DNA of 64,000 nucleotides from Sphagnum compactum (Eukaryota): NCBI GenBank assembly GCA_965153455.1, contig OZ234493.1, positions 15,056,213 to 15,120,212 of the forward strand, read 5' to 3'. Shown piece by piece: positions 52,312 to 64,000 of this stretch (position 1 is its first letter; each line of letters starts with the position of its first letter). The notes under the pieces were generated by a model. It saw only the letters and a program-made list of their open reading frames with translations, ran no database searches and was not told where the DNA came from. The position numbers and the translations under genes were made by a program.

Positions 52312-52428
52312 GGAGGGGACCCTATTCCGGATAAATTTTCATGCTTGCACAAGTGGGCATTTTGCCCATGGAGGGGACCCTATTCAGGATAAATTTTCAT
52401 GCTTGCACAAGTGGGCATTTTGCCCATG
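52312..52428. repeat. ~58-bp tandem duplication
   Basis: ggaggggaccctattc(c/a)ggataaattttcatgcttgcacaagtgggcattttgcccat occurs twice. Confidence 0.95.
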
Positions 52429-53396
52429 ATTAGGTGACTCATTTTTAATGTTTTGAGAGCCTATTTTTAACACTAGTGAAATTTTTTATATTGTAACAAG
52501 TAACAACTTATGCATCTAATGTAAATTTTTCTATGTTTTTATTGGCTCTGCTCTTCAGGGAAGAGACATTGTGATGCATCCAGAAATGGGACAAAGTTTG
52601 GTATCCATACATTTTAGGGTCATGTGGAGTCCACTATAGAAAACATTCCAGCATAACTGAAGGATCCACTTCTTGTTCATGATGCTTACCATCATGTGTT
52701 TCCAATTTAGTATGGTGAATATTCATCATCCTTTTGGACGTCATTTAAAGGGCAGAGCCATTATGTGACGACCCACCTGTTTGAAAGTATGCAGATTTCA
52801 AATAATGTGGGAGGGCGGCGTTGGAGGAATAAAACAAAATCGGGGAGTTGCCAAGAAGGACCTGCTGGCCGGGCTTTTCGCCCACAGAGGAGAGCTACCC
52901 GCCAGGATTTTTGCCCACAGAGGAGAGTCGTGTGGCGAACGCAATCACAAGAGAGAATTTGTGCAAGACATGGATTGGGTTCGAGACAGGACCCCTGCTG
53001 GGCGAAAAACCGGCCGGCAGGTCCTTCTTCTCAACTCCGTGATTTTGTTTGATTCCTCCAAGCGCCCCACCTCTCCCCCCCGAACGGTCGCTTGTCCTTG
53101 AGATGAACCTAAATGAATGTCTGTGGATGATGGGACGTATAAAAGGGTTGAGTTGAAACAGGTTGTGATCAAGTCTTTGATCACCTCCCCTTTCAATGCT
53201 TCATCTCTCCTGCATGTTTCAGTACCGTCTTGCACTGCAGCTTTCTCTCCATTGATCAAGGCTTCGTTTGTGACTACAGTTCTAATTTAATAGTAGTGAT
53301 TTGTTTGTTGCAGGAGCTTCAGTACTACTGATCATCTGCTGCAGCTGAAAACTGAAGTCTCCACCCAACTCGCGATCACGTCCCCCGGATCCACTC

Positions 53397-54075
53397 ATGG
53401 CACCAGTTACCAGATCCAGCCATGAGCTCCAGCTACTAATTCCAAGCCAGCAGTTCCATGTTGATGATCCACATGCGGAAGTTCTGATCCTGGGTTTCCT
53501 CAGTCTCGTGCTCTTAGTGCGACTGGCAAGAGAATTGGTGAAACTCCTCCGATATCTTGGGAAGCTTACTCGAGAGTTTCTTGCACGTGGGCGGGAGCCG
53601 ATTGTCATCCCTCCCCATGATGCTCAGTTGCAGGCAGTCGTAGTCGAAGCCAATGCATCATCACGTGTATCATCAAGGATTGTAGAAATCATAGGTAAGT
53701 ACTCGACTAAACACTTGAGATACTATGTTTCTGTAATCGATTACTAGATTCGAGAAATTGTAAAATTCCAGAGATTGGGATTGTACCAAATATGTCGCAT
53801 GCATGATGGCCGCGTCATGGGTGTCCTGCACATGATCACACAGTGTATAGAATCAATTCCCCCCCACCCTTTCAGGCGAACCAACCAAGTGAACCAGATC
53901 AGGTTCTTGTGCGTCCCCCCTATGCCTGCTGTCATACGAGCACCCAACGGAACCATGATTGTCATTGACAGATAAATCGTTTTTTAGTGGTACTGCTACT
54001 GGATTGTCTTAATTTGCAGGAACTACAGAAGGCGGGGATGCATTCCAAGATGAGGAGAATATAAAAGTGGAATAG
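53397..54075 (+). CDS. Small single-pass membrane protein, family copy 3 (exons 53397-53694 and 54020-54075, 117 aa)
   Basis: MAPVTRSS...EVLILGFLSLVLLVRLARE...VEII/G-TTEGGDAFQDEENIKVE*. The upstream ATG of the other copies is CTG here (53352, in frame). G|GTAAGT donor and tttgcag acceptor. Confidence 0.65.
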
Positions 54076-54885
54076 CTGATGAACTGAAGGCAATTTGAAA
54101 ATCTCTTCGATAGATCCGAGTCAGGCGGCCTGTGCGCTTAGCCAAAGGCAGCATACTGTTGTACAAATTATATATGAGTTGAGCTTGCAGATGGAGTATC
54201 GACGATCTAATTTGTTTCATCTTGATCTGTAACTAACTAGCATGCATCTGATCATTAATCTCGTGCAGGATTAGCTTCACAATTCCATTCCGAATTCGGT
54301 TCCAACGTCAGGAACGCTGAAGAATCTACCAAGCTGATCTGATGCCTATTTGCAGCATCCGCTCTCATCTTCAATATTAGAGTTGCGGCCAGGTCTACAA
54401 AATCTCGGGATTGTTTTTTTTTAAGGGGGGGGTTCTCTAATATTTTTTCATCCCTAATGCGATGCAGGGGAGCGTTGTATCTCAATCACACAATCTACTT
54501 CGAGCTTGAATACTGAAGCTTCGAAGCGGACAAACACTAGATGTATCTGCCCTTTGGTCCTGTCCACAAACGCTTTGTTTCTGGAGGGCAGTCCTGAGAC
54601 GTTCTGCAGTTCCTCAACAAACAAGAAAACCCCCGAGCGTTTTTGACAAATCCCTGTCACTTCTGAGAACCTCTATTGGGCTCGCTCCCATGTGCTTCGT
54701 TGGGTTCCCCAAAACTGTGGGTAATTCTCCTCGGCAACCAGGTTTGGTCGGTTATTTGAAGTTTCCAAATTATCTCCGGTTTCTGGTTTTATGAAATCTA
54801 GAAATCAAAGAGCCTCTGCTTCCAGAATTTCTGAAAATTTTAAGAATGAAAGAAACCTTCAGTTAGGGTTTTTGGAATTCTTTTG

Positions 54886-55140
54886 TATAGGGTCAGACCC
54901 TGCTATCAGGGAATTACTGTATGAGCACCGAGGGCAGAGCCCAAGGTACACCTAGTAATTCCCTGACAGCAGGGTAAGGCCCTGCGTAACAACCGAGGTA
55001 ATCAATGTTTTTTTTTAAAAACATTCCTTTCCAAAGATCGTATTGGCCTACATTCTGCGCCATAGGGATCTTACAATCTCACGACCTCCGCCGTAGGACT
55101 CTTTTTTAAAGCCTGATTACTAAATGTAATCTGCCCTATA
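54886..55140. mobile_element. MITE-like insertion, about 255 bp
   Basis: Termini tataggg(t)caga / tctgccctata with TA ends. Internal inverted repeat 54897-54918/54954-54975. Absent from the paralog near 20130. Confidence 0.7.
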
Positions 55141-55429
55141 AATACACTAAGAATTCTCTCCCAGGTTGTTCCGTAATGGAGAAACCAAAAAAGAACCTGC
55201 GGTTTTCAGGGAATAACAGGGAAAGTATCAGAATTTTGACAGGTTCCTAGATTCTTGTGAGAACTGCGGTTATGTATCAGGACCGCTTCGTAGATGCTTT
55301 TAAGGGTTGTGCGGGTGTCTGGCAAAATCCGGTTATTTGGTTTTTTTGGCGAAAACCCATGGTTATATATCCTAACGAACTGCCATGATAACCGCTGGTC
55401 ATCTGGTGTCATTTCTTACAACCGACAAA

Positions 55430-58300
55430 CACTAGGACCCTAATTCTCTTCCAGTCCAGCCCTAATGTTTACTGGGAGTGTTCTCCTCTGTCCTCTCCAG
55501 CTCTCCTTGTCCTGCTTCTCAATTGTGAAGCAATCTGGATTGCAGTTCATGTTCAGGAAGTAAACCTCAAGCTCCAGATCCTTGAACTTGAATACAGTTT
55601 GATTTTTTGCACCTTGCCAGGCTTGATTCTTGTTGATATGCAATGGCCATAGTTGTTGGCTTGCCTCATGACCAGTTTGCAACTGGTTGTGCGTTCCAAG
55701 CCCTCACATCTGCACTTTAAGCGCCTGTTACTCCTAGGATCTTAAGGTTAAGGGAGAAAAAGAGACTGTGATGCAGTTTTTAGTACCAGGTTTTTGGGGT
55801 ATTTAACAAATTCTTTTTCCACTTGTCAATTAACGCGTAAACGTCAGCTTGGACCAAATTCTATAAAATCCCATAGCAAATTGTATTAAAACACACACTT
55901 GTACAGAGAACATGAATATTTACTGAAAGCCCAAGTGATTCTTGCAAAACTTTGTTCGGTTGTCTGTGGGTCTCTATTCCACTAGACAGATCACACCAGG
56001 TAAACATAGTAAAGTCCTCTCTTTGGATCAAGTAGAGTCCTAACCATTCAGTACCTGTTCTGCAATTTGCAATCCTGGCATTTATTTGTTTAGGATAAAG
56101 GCTGAGGCGGCAAGCTTCAGGCTTTACTGAGAGCAAAGCACTGGGTGGATTTTAGTTTTTAAATTTTTCCTGTGATACCTGGAGGATACGCGTTGTGTAT
56201 CACAGGGTAGAAGCCAAAAGCAAGTGCTTTGAAAAACAAAACTGCCATTAAGTTCTTTGAACCCTTTGTGGAGGAAAATTTCTGTGCAGTAAGGCATTGT
56301 CCAACTAGACTAAAAGAATCCGCCTGTGTGCATTATGATTTGAAAAACTGTAGTGTTGTAGGAGGCGTTCCAGTTTCATTGCAGAGAACTCTAGTGTTTA
56401 GCATAGTTGATGTCATAGTAGTCATGATCAGCTGCTTACCAGCAAATAGAGTTGCAGAGATGGAAAAGAAGCTACATGGTTGTAAGTACCTCCCTCTTCT
56501 TCCTGCAGGAAATGCTTAGCAATCACATCTACATCAACCCCACTGGCACCAAGTACTACCTAAGAATATGACTGCCAAAATAGAGGACTTGTAACCTGTT
56601 TGCTTCACCATATCCTCTAACATAGCTGGCTGGAACATGCGCCCCAAATCTATATCAAACTCCACTTTGGACCTTGTTTTGTTAGGCAGCTTCAAGCTCA
56701 AGAGCTTGTTGGCCATTGTACCACAACCGTAGTACATGGGTCATTGTGTGTGGGGTACATGGCAAACAGCTTTGGTGCCCAGTGGGTCACTGCACCATGG
56801 GCATGTCTTGAATCTCATCAAAGTGCACAGGACAAAATGCCTCCTATTATGGAGCTTTAAATCCAACAAAGACTTGTCCACCGCACCAAACCCTAAACTG
56901 GCAATGCAGACCAGCTTACCTATCATTTGATGTGCACTTTCTGGATCCTTGCGTTCTGCTGCAAACTCAAGAGCTTCAGACATAGCCAAACCTTGGCAAG
57001 CTCTGTAGGCATGTTGCCAAGTTCAATTGCCCTCTTGTGTTTTGCATCAGTTTTGAGTGATGCATCCTGCACAAATGCTTTTGCCAATCCTTCTATTAGG
57101 AGTACACCAACACTGGTGATATTCCTGCTATTGCCCCAATCTTCACACCAATTTCTTCCTTGGCTACAATCACTTCCGCTTCTTGAGCCATCACAAACAA
57201 CCACCCAGTGCAGAAGCAAGACAAGGGATGCAGGATGCAGTCAAAAGTCATAACCTACATTAAATTTGCCACAAAAGATGAAACAAAAAAACCATTACAA
57301 CAGAACATCATGGATCCTTCACAGGTGTAGAGTCATGTTGGCATTGTTCACCAGAAGATTCAAGGAAAAATTGTAGTTCAAGGGTATGGAGGTGTAATGA
57401 AGTACCTGTAGCAGTAGTCTGTGATGGGTTCAACAGCACAAAGGACTGCTGAGTCCAAGCCCACCCCAATTATGCAGCAAGCCATATCTACTCTCTGATG
57501 ACTAAGACTCTGAAAGCTCCAATCTCTCTTCCACAACATAATATACAGGAGTTCCTTTGATACTTACCCATGAACCTGCATGACCTGTAGCTCTACTCTC
57601 ACCCTACCCTCAATCTCTGCACAGCAACGTATTCCCTAACACTCTGGCTGGCTTCCCAAGCTGTCAAGTCAAACCAACATTGCTTCCCAAACTTTCAACT
57701 CCTGCAATGCTCATCTCCCTTGATCAAGAGTGGTCCAAGTATTGTACAAAATACCATCCATTCACGTCTGCCACAATTCAATCCCAACTGTGTGATCATG
57801 TTCTTTGCCTAGTAGGGTCCAATGTGTAGGGTAAGGAGAGAGAATGGGGCTGCTCTGGGAATGAGGGCTCAGCAGCAGGCAGGAGTCCTCTTGAGTGAGG
57901 GACCTGAATTCTCCAAAATGACCCTTTGAGATCCTTCGTCCTTACCCTTTGGAAAGAAATAGGAAACAATTTTCTTTTATGTTGGATGGCTGTTATTCAT
58001 TGGAGTAATGCAGTATTATACTCTCTGTGCAATATATCTCTGTTTGAAAACTCGTCGAACATATAACTTTAGCATGGAAAGACAAAATCAAGAGGTAAGC
58101 CAAAACTTCAGTGAAGGTAAGGTGCCCTCCAATTACCCTGGGAAAATTCTACCCTGAGTTTCTTCTACATCAAAATTTCCACCCATTGCAGACCCAGATT
58201 GGTCTCCCTTTCTTTAGAGCACCTTTCCAGTGGTCACTGCCACTCTAGAATCTACTTCTGCAGCCACTTTCCATTACATGTTTTCTCCTAGCTGTAACTA
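55430..58300 (-). pseudogene. Putative endogenous viral element (EVE-A copy 2): decayed phenuivirus-like L protein
   Basis: Paralog of 17203-19830. Reads EIYCTE (premotif A), AKNMITQLGL..GPLLIKG, LQVLHYTS (57388-57411, motif B) and EGS(D)DVL (57304-57320, motif C). Confidence 0.65.
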
Positions 58301-59603
58301 GTGTAGGCTAAAGCCTTTCGGGGGTGGGCATTATGGAAATAAGGGCCCTGTGAGACGGACCTGACGGTGGGCCAGATTCCTGTAAAGCTCACCCTCAAGG
58401 GCTTCAAATGGCATAAAAAATTGTCACACTAGATTTTTTCATAAAAAAAAATTCTCACAATACCTTGTAGGTACCTGTCAGATACTAGGATAAGCATTTC
58501 AGAAAACAAAATGCCTGTAGAGATGATGTTAACATAGTTTTTCATTACACCCATCTCTGACGAACCACATATTACACCTTGTAAGGTGCCCTACAACTAC
58601 ACTAAAACAAACACCCAGGTTTTCACATATAGGGAGAGGCACTGCTATTAGTGCCTTTTAATGTCCCATGATTTGAGGGCAAAGCTCAAGGTGCAAGCAA
58701 AAAGACAGGAGTGTCTCCTCTTTGTAAAAATTGAGGTGCACTGTTATAAGGATGGCCCAAACACATTCAAATGAATGTTGCAGATCACTTTGCAACAAAT
58801 CTCTTCCATCATGGGGACTAGTGTCGCCTGTGCCATTGGCCCAAGTGTTATCACATCCACAACTTATTCTTCCTTCCAAAACCTGGTTTTTTGGAATTTA
58901 TTCAAATTTTCATCCGAAAAATTCACTTAAAAACCAATATCTCCCACATTCTGAATCCAAATCTTACCCAGAAAAATTCATTACATTCACCACAGGCACA
59001 TTCCAATTCCTCTGATTTAATTTAATTTTCAGTGCAGAAATCATTCAGTATTCAAGAACTATTGCACAGCAAGTCCAAATGTCATGGAACCAAGCGCATG
59101 CACCCCTCCTCGTCGAGAGCTTCCCAAAGACATCAAGAACACAATCTGAAGCATCCCGGTTTGGTGGATTTTATAACTACAAAACAAACTACCTTCCTTC
59201 ATAGATAGATGCGTCTATAATCTCCCCTCTCTATGGGAATAATGAAAAAATATTCCAAGAGCCAGAAATTGTGGTTGGGAAGGTTCCCCCTTGGATACAT
59301 AATTTTCAGTGAAAGGTTTTAGGGCTCCATGAACTGGAAGTCAAGCTACACAGCTGCTACCAGAAGAGGACGTCTGTTGTGGCTCAGTGTGGAAAATTTC
59401 AAACATATTTTCCTTAAGTGACACGCCATCCCCAGCGTGCGGTTCAGATTACTCAGATTACTCCTGATGTTAAGGTTTCAGGTTTATCAGTTGGGCCACC
59501 CCCGCAACAGGCTGAGTATCTCTTTCAGTATTTCAGTCATATGAATTGAGATTTGCAGATGTTTGGTACAAACAACAGAGACCTGTATATATATATATAT
59601 ATA

Positions 59604-60553
59604 CTAGTGCGTAACCGTGACCTTGGGACACTGTGAAGTCCCCCAAAAGTGAGTGGGGGGGCGGGCGGGGGGTGGGGGGGAGGGGGGTGAGCAAAAAAAG
59701 ACATAATTATCAAATATATTTGGTTGGTTTTCATGGTTTTGAGTGTGTAGTCAAAGATATAGAAGCATGATTACAGTTGTTTACTTCATATCCGGCTTTA
59801 TAGCCCAGTTTTGGCACAATCTTCTTGAGGAAGGTCGCCACATTTTTCTATGGAAGATCCCTCACTGTGGCTACAAACAAAAAATCTTAGAAAAATAAAA
59901 TAAAAAACAACACTGTTAGGGACGACCTGGGGTCGGTCCCTCCTGGCAACTAACCTCCATACTATGAGATAAATTGCCACATGATTGTCTCTTCCATTCC
60001 ATGGATGGATGACGCGACCCCTACCCCCAATAGGAAAAAGAAAAAATTTCTCCCTTTCCCTAGAATAATAAAATAAAAAACAACCCTGCTAGGGACGACC
60101 TGGGGTCGGTCCCTCCTGGCAACTACCTCCTTACAATGAGATAAATTGTCACATGATTGTCTCTTCCATTCCATGGATGGATGACGCGACCCCCACCCCC
60201 AATAGAAAAAAGAAAAAATTTCTCCCTTTCCCCCTCTCTCCAAAACCCAGAAATGGAAAAAATTGGCTGCACTGATCGCATACCAAGCCTTCCTCAGTGC
60301 CTGCCTGAAATTTTTATTATGGGCCAATACCCCTTCATAAGGATGGATACCTATTGTGCTGTAAATAGGGCAGAATGTGCAATTCCCTGAAACAGTGGAG
60401 TTTTGCAATTTAAAAAGGGCCCGCGCCCTCCCCCCCCCCTCTTTGCCTTGGATGGATGGAGGGACGGATGGATGACGGGATGGACGACGGGACGGATGGA
60501 TGGAAAGGACGACCGCCAACCACAACAGAACAAAACCTAAAATAATAAGTAGA
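59604..60553 (-). mobile_element. Non-autonomous Helitron-like element, about 950 bp
   Basis: The minus strand begins A|TCTACTTATT and ends with an imperfect hairpin (cagtgtcccaaggtcacgg) about 10 bp before CTAG|T, next to an (AT)n tract. Contains a 173-bp tandem duplication (59888-60230) and a GGAT/GGAC microsatellite. Confidence 0.6.
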
Positions 60554-63500
60554 TACACACAAGGATGGAAAACCATCCACAAAATGTACACGGCATGTTT
60601 GGTACAAAAGACACTGGACCTTATATAATGAGGAAGTTTTACTATCTAGATACATGTTAGTCCAATAATAAAAGTATGGCCACTTTTGATTGATTTGAAA
60701 ATAAAACTGATTTAAGACCTTGAAAATTCAAATTATCAGAAGAGTCCTGAAATTTTCAGACATTTAAATTGTACTGTTTCGATAAGTATGTCAAGGTGCT
60801 AAAAGCTTTGGTGGCTATCCACCTGTTTAGTGACTATGATTCATTGGAACTAGTTTTAGGTAGGCCAATTTTAGGTTTTATAAGTCGTTCTTTGGACAAT
60901 TTCAAATTGAAATTTATTTAGTCATTTTAAAATAAAAAGCAATGAAAAAGTGTCGTTTCAAGATATATTTTTTCAACAGCATAGTTACGAGCAAACTTTC
61001 AATGCTTTTTTGCATCCATTTGCATCTCATTTAATCAAATTTGAATTCAAATTGCATGCAATGTCATTAATCATTTTTTGGGACAATTGATTGTCTCTAG
61101 TAGTGCACAACAACACAGAGCCCAAGTATTATAAATATCTCGTATATTTTCAATCAAAACAAAATTAACAAGGGGTGTGTCACACTGTGGCCTTGCCATT
61201 TACAGTAAAAAGTATCTTAAGGCAAAAGAAGAATTATGGAAACTCAAATATTTCACTATGCAAAAATATAATCTTCAAAAAATCCTCTAAAACAAATCAA
61301 AATCCCTCAAGATATTATAATTCTATAACAACTCTCAAGTTTCAATACAAGCCAAAATATCATCTTTTCCAATCCTCATATAGAAACAGACCTATTACAT
61401 AGGGGCCAAAATCCCTTAAATTAGTATACTCTAAAATGAATCTAAACAGAATATCCTTGCCTTGGCACGCAAGGCCAATAAAATACAATAACTTTTATGT
61501 TGAATCAAATTCAAGTGGCATATGATTTTTATTTCCAAACCAATTGCAAATTTGGGTACAAAGAATGACCAATTTTGCCAAATTTTCAAGATCAAAAAAT
61601 GAAAGAAAAGAAAACTCTGATCAAGAGATCAAGATTCAAAGGACATAAAAAATAGAAGAATTGAGACACCAAGCTTCACATATAACCTTTAAGGTACGTA
61701 AATGCTTGTATAATACAATAAAGCACTTGGAGAAATTTCCTATGTGTATTTGGAGGGCCTCCAGCATTATTTTTTTCAGTGCAAAAATTTGTCAAAATGC
61801 GAAATGTTTTAAAAAAAAGCATATTCAGTCACAATATTTTCTCTTTGATTGGGAACAATTATCAAACTTCAAAAAAATATTTTGTAATATTTTCACCACA
61901 TTTGGACTCTGATTTTAGTTTGGTAGCAGTATGAAAAATAATTTTCTTGTTATTTGGATAGGTTCTAAAAACCTGTTGCCAATTAATGTTAAATCCCTCT
62001 TGGGATGCTAGCCAATGATGCAACATCAGAAAATTGAAAAATATATCATTGACCTCAAATAGTCATTTGGCAACACTGATTCACTTCTTTGGCGAATTGT
62101 TTTTTTATTTTTTAAATTGCAAAATTTTCTTTTGGGTGGTGGTTGCTACAGGTCTCTCCACTAGCTTCCTTATTTAATGGGTAGGGTGTTCTGTGCAAGG
62201 GGTATTAGCCCAGGCCCAAAATGGTGACGAACTCTTTTGGGAAGAGAGATTTCATGCACCCAATGGCAAGGCCCGAGCATGCACGCAAGGTGCCTTGCTT
62301 TTTTTCCTTTTAAGTTTTGGGGGGAGCAGGGCGAGGATTTTTTTTCATTTTTCCTTGGTTCCCAATGTGTTCCCAATAGCTTACCTTCAAGTTCTCAATG
62401 GGTTTCCAATATGTTCCCCAAGTTCCCAATGTGTTCCCTAACATGTTCTTCATAGCACCTCACTTTTATCCCATATGTTTTGGCAAATGTTGTCCTCCTT
62501 TCACCTACATAGGTGCGCCAAAGGGGATAAACTCCATACTTCAAAACAGAACCTTCTATTTTGGAGAGCCTCCATTGTTTCACTTTTTCAGTGATGGGCA
62601 AATCAAATCAGCTCGTTGCAAAAAAATAAAATAAAATTTGAACTCGGGAGTCACATCATCCAATTAAGTCAAAATCTGTCTGGGGATGCTGGCCTCTGTT
62701 GCTACGCTACAAAATTGGAATTTTTTTAATTTTTAAAAAATAAAAAAATGAAAAACACAGTGGCCCTAAGTATACCCCCTGAAATGCACCTCCTAGAAAA
62801 GAGGAGGGTTAAAGAGGTAGGCATAAATTGGACCCTCCTGTTCCACAAATACTAGGCATAAGGTCCCTCACTCCCCTGTGCCCTGGGAGTCTGCATTTGT
62901 TTTGGCTTACTGTAAGGTTTTGCCTCATGCTTTGAGTCAGCATTTCTTTTACTGGCAAGTTTTCGCCAAATTTCGACCTATGCAAAGGAATTTTCACCGA
63001 AAAAAAATGACCAGAATTCACCAGATTTCGAAGAAGCTAATTAATTCAAATCATCACAATTTTATGATAGCTTCTAGTAGGTAGCCACAAGACAACATAG
63101 AAACAGTTCCCCTTTTTTTCTACTTTCATATCTAACATGTAGCCAAATTTGGCTAAACTATTTTCTGGATGATCGCCACTTTGACTGCATCACAAAATCC
63201 TTAAAGAAACCCTGCTTCAAGTTGAGTGAGGCTGCTAACACGGGGATATTCCCAAGATGTGCTGAGCTGGGCAGGGCCGTAGCTTATTTTGAGATTGCCC
63301 CACCCAGGGCTCAAGCCTGAAGCCTGTACAAATTTACATATTATTTATAGGACTCATCACAGGATGATTTTGCGGCTTTTTTCATACCATATTTTATGTT
63401 GTAACCAGTAGGATGTGTGGGCCAACTCACATTAAAGTTAATGCAGTGGCTAGCTCACATTAAAGTTAATGCAGTGGCTAGCTTCCTAAAAATAACATTT

Positions 63501-63847
63501 TCACTTTATTCCTGCTCCAACTCCCTGCAACGTAATATATGGTGTGCATAGTCTCCCAAGCATCCTGTCACGACTCCCATACATAATATGTAAATCTGCA
63601 CATGCTTGACTTCATTCTAGCTCCTTTGCAGTTGGGCTCTTGATTCACTTGCTTCTTCCCCTGCACATGATTTCATCGCTACCGTCCCTCCTGAACAACT
63701 TCTTCTTCTTCATCTTCAAGGCTTCGTTTGTGGCTACAACGACGTCTATATCAGTGGGCTTTTTTTACTGCAGCAGGAGGAGCTGAAGGAGGAGGGGAGG
63801 AGCTACAGCACTACTGTCGATCATCTGTTGCTGTTCACCAATTGATT

Positions 63848-64000
63848 ATGAAGTCTCCACCCAGCTCGAGATCACGTCCTCCTCGACTCATGGCACCGGT
63901 GACCAGCTCCAGCCATGAGCTCCAGCTGCTAAATCCAAGCCCGCAGTTCGTTTATGAACCACATGCGGAAGTTCTGATCCTGGTTTTCCTCAGTCTCGTG
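63848..64000 (+). CDS. Small single-pass membrane protein, family copy 4 (partial, runs off the window)
   Basis: MKSPPSSRSRPPRLMAPVTSSSHELQLLNPSPQFVYEPHAEVLILVFLSLV, open to the window end. Confidence 0.65.
   Translation, partial: MKSPPSSRSRPPRLMAPVTSSSHELQLLNPSPQFVYEPHAEVLILVFLSLV

Larger units (their letters stand above)
53258..58156. repeat. Inverted segmental duplicate of 17203-21610
   Basis: Reverse-complement colinearity from cagggtagaattttccc (17203/58156) through the small membrane-protein gene. Confidence 0.95.

Noticed and set aside
52764-53278. Solo LTR (TG...CA with a TATA box near 53138)
   Set aside because: There is no target-site duplication, and the apparent CA end belongs to the duplicated gene unit. 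At most a truncated repeat.

Overview
Eukaryotic, AT-rich, repeat-dense nuclear DNA from a plant. TTTAGGG motifs, GT-AG introns and an Egt1-type gene suggest a moss, possibly Sphagnum-like (inference). Main content: (1) a five-exon Egt1-like ergothioneine-biosynthesis gene (EgtD methyltransferase fused to an EgtB/FGE-sulfatase module, 30.7-33.7 kb, minus strand) with three disabling lesions; (2) four copies of an unrecognised two-exon gene for a ~117-126 aa single-pass membrane protein, inside segmental duplications (one inverted); (3) several decayed fragments whose reconstructed translations carry bunyavirus/phenuivirus-type L-polymerase motifs, i.e. a putative cluster of endogenous RNA-virus elements, mostly antisense and downstream of the small genes; (4) a decayed ~5.2 kb LINE with a long target-site duplication and an empty paralogous site; (5) a hairpin-capped 176-bp tandem array, a Helitron-like element, a MITE, isolated host exons (MINPP-like, LigA-like) and transposon relics. 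All homology calls come from recalled motifs and were not checked by database search.
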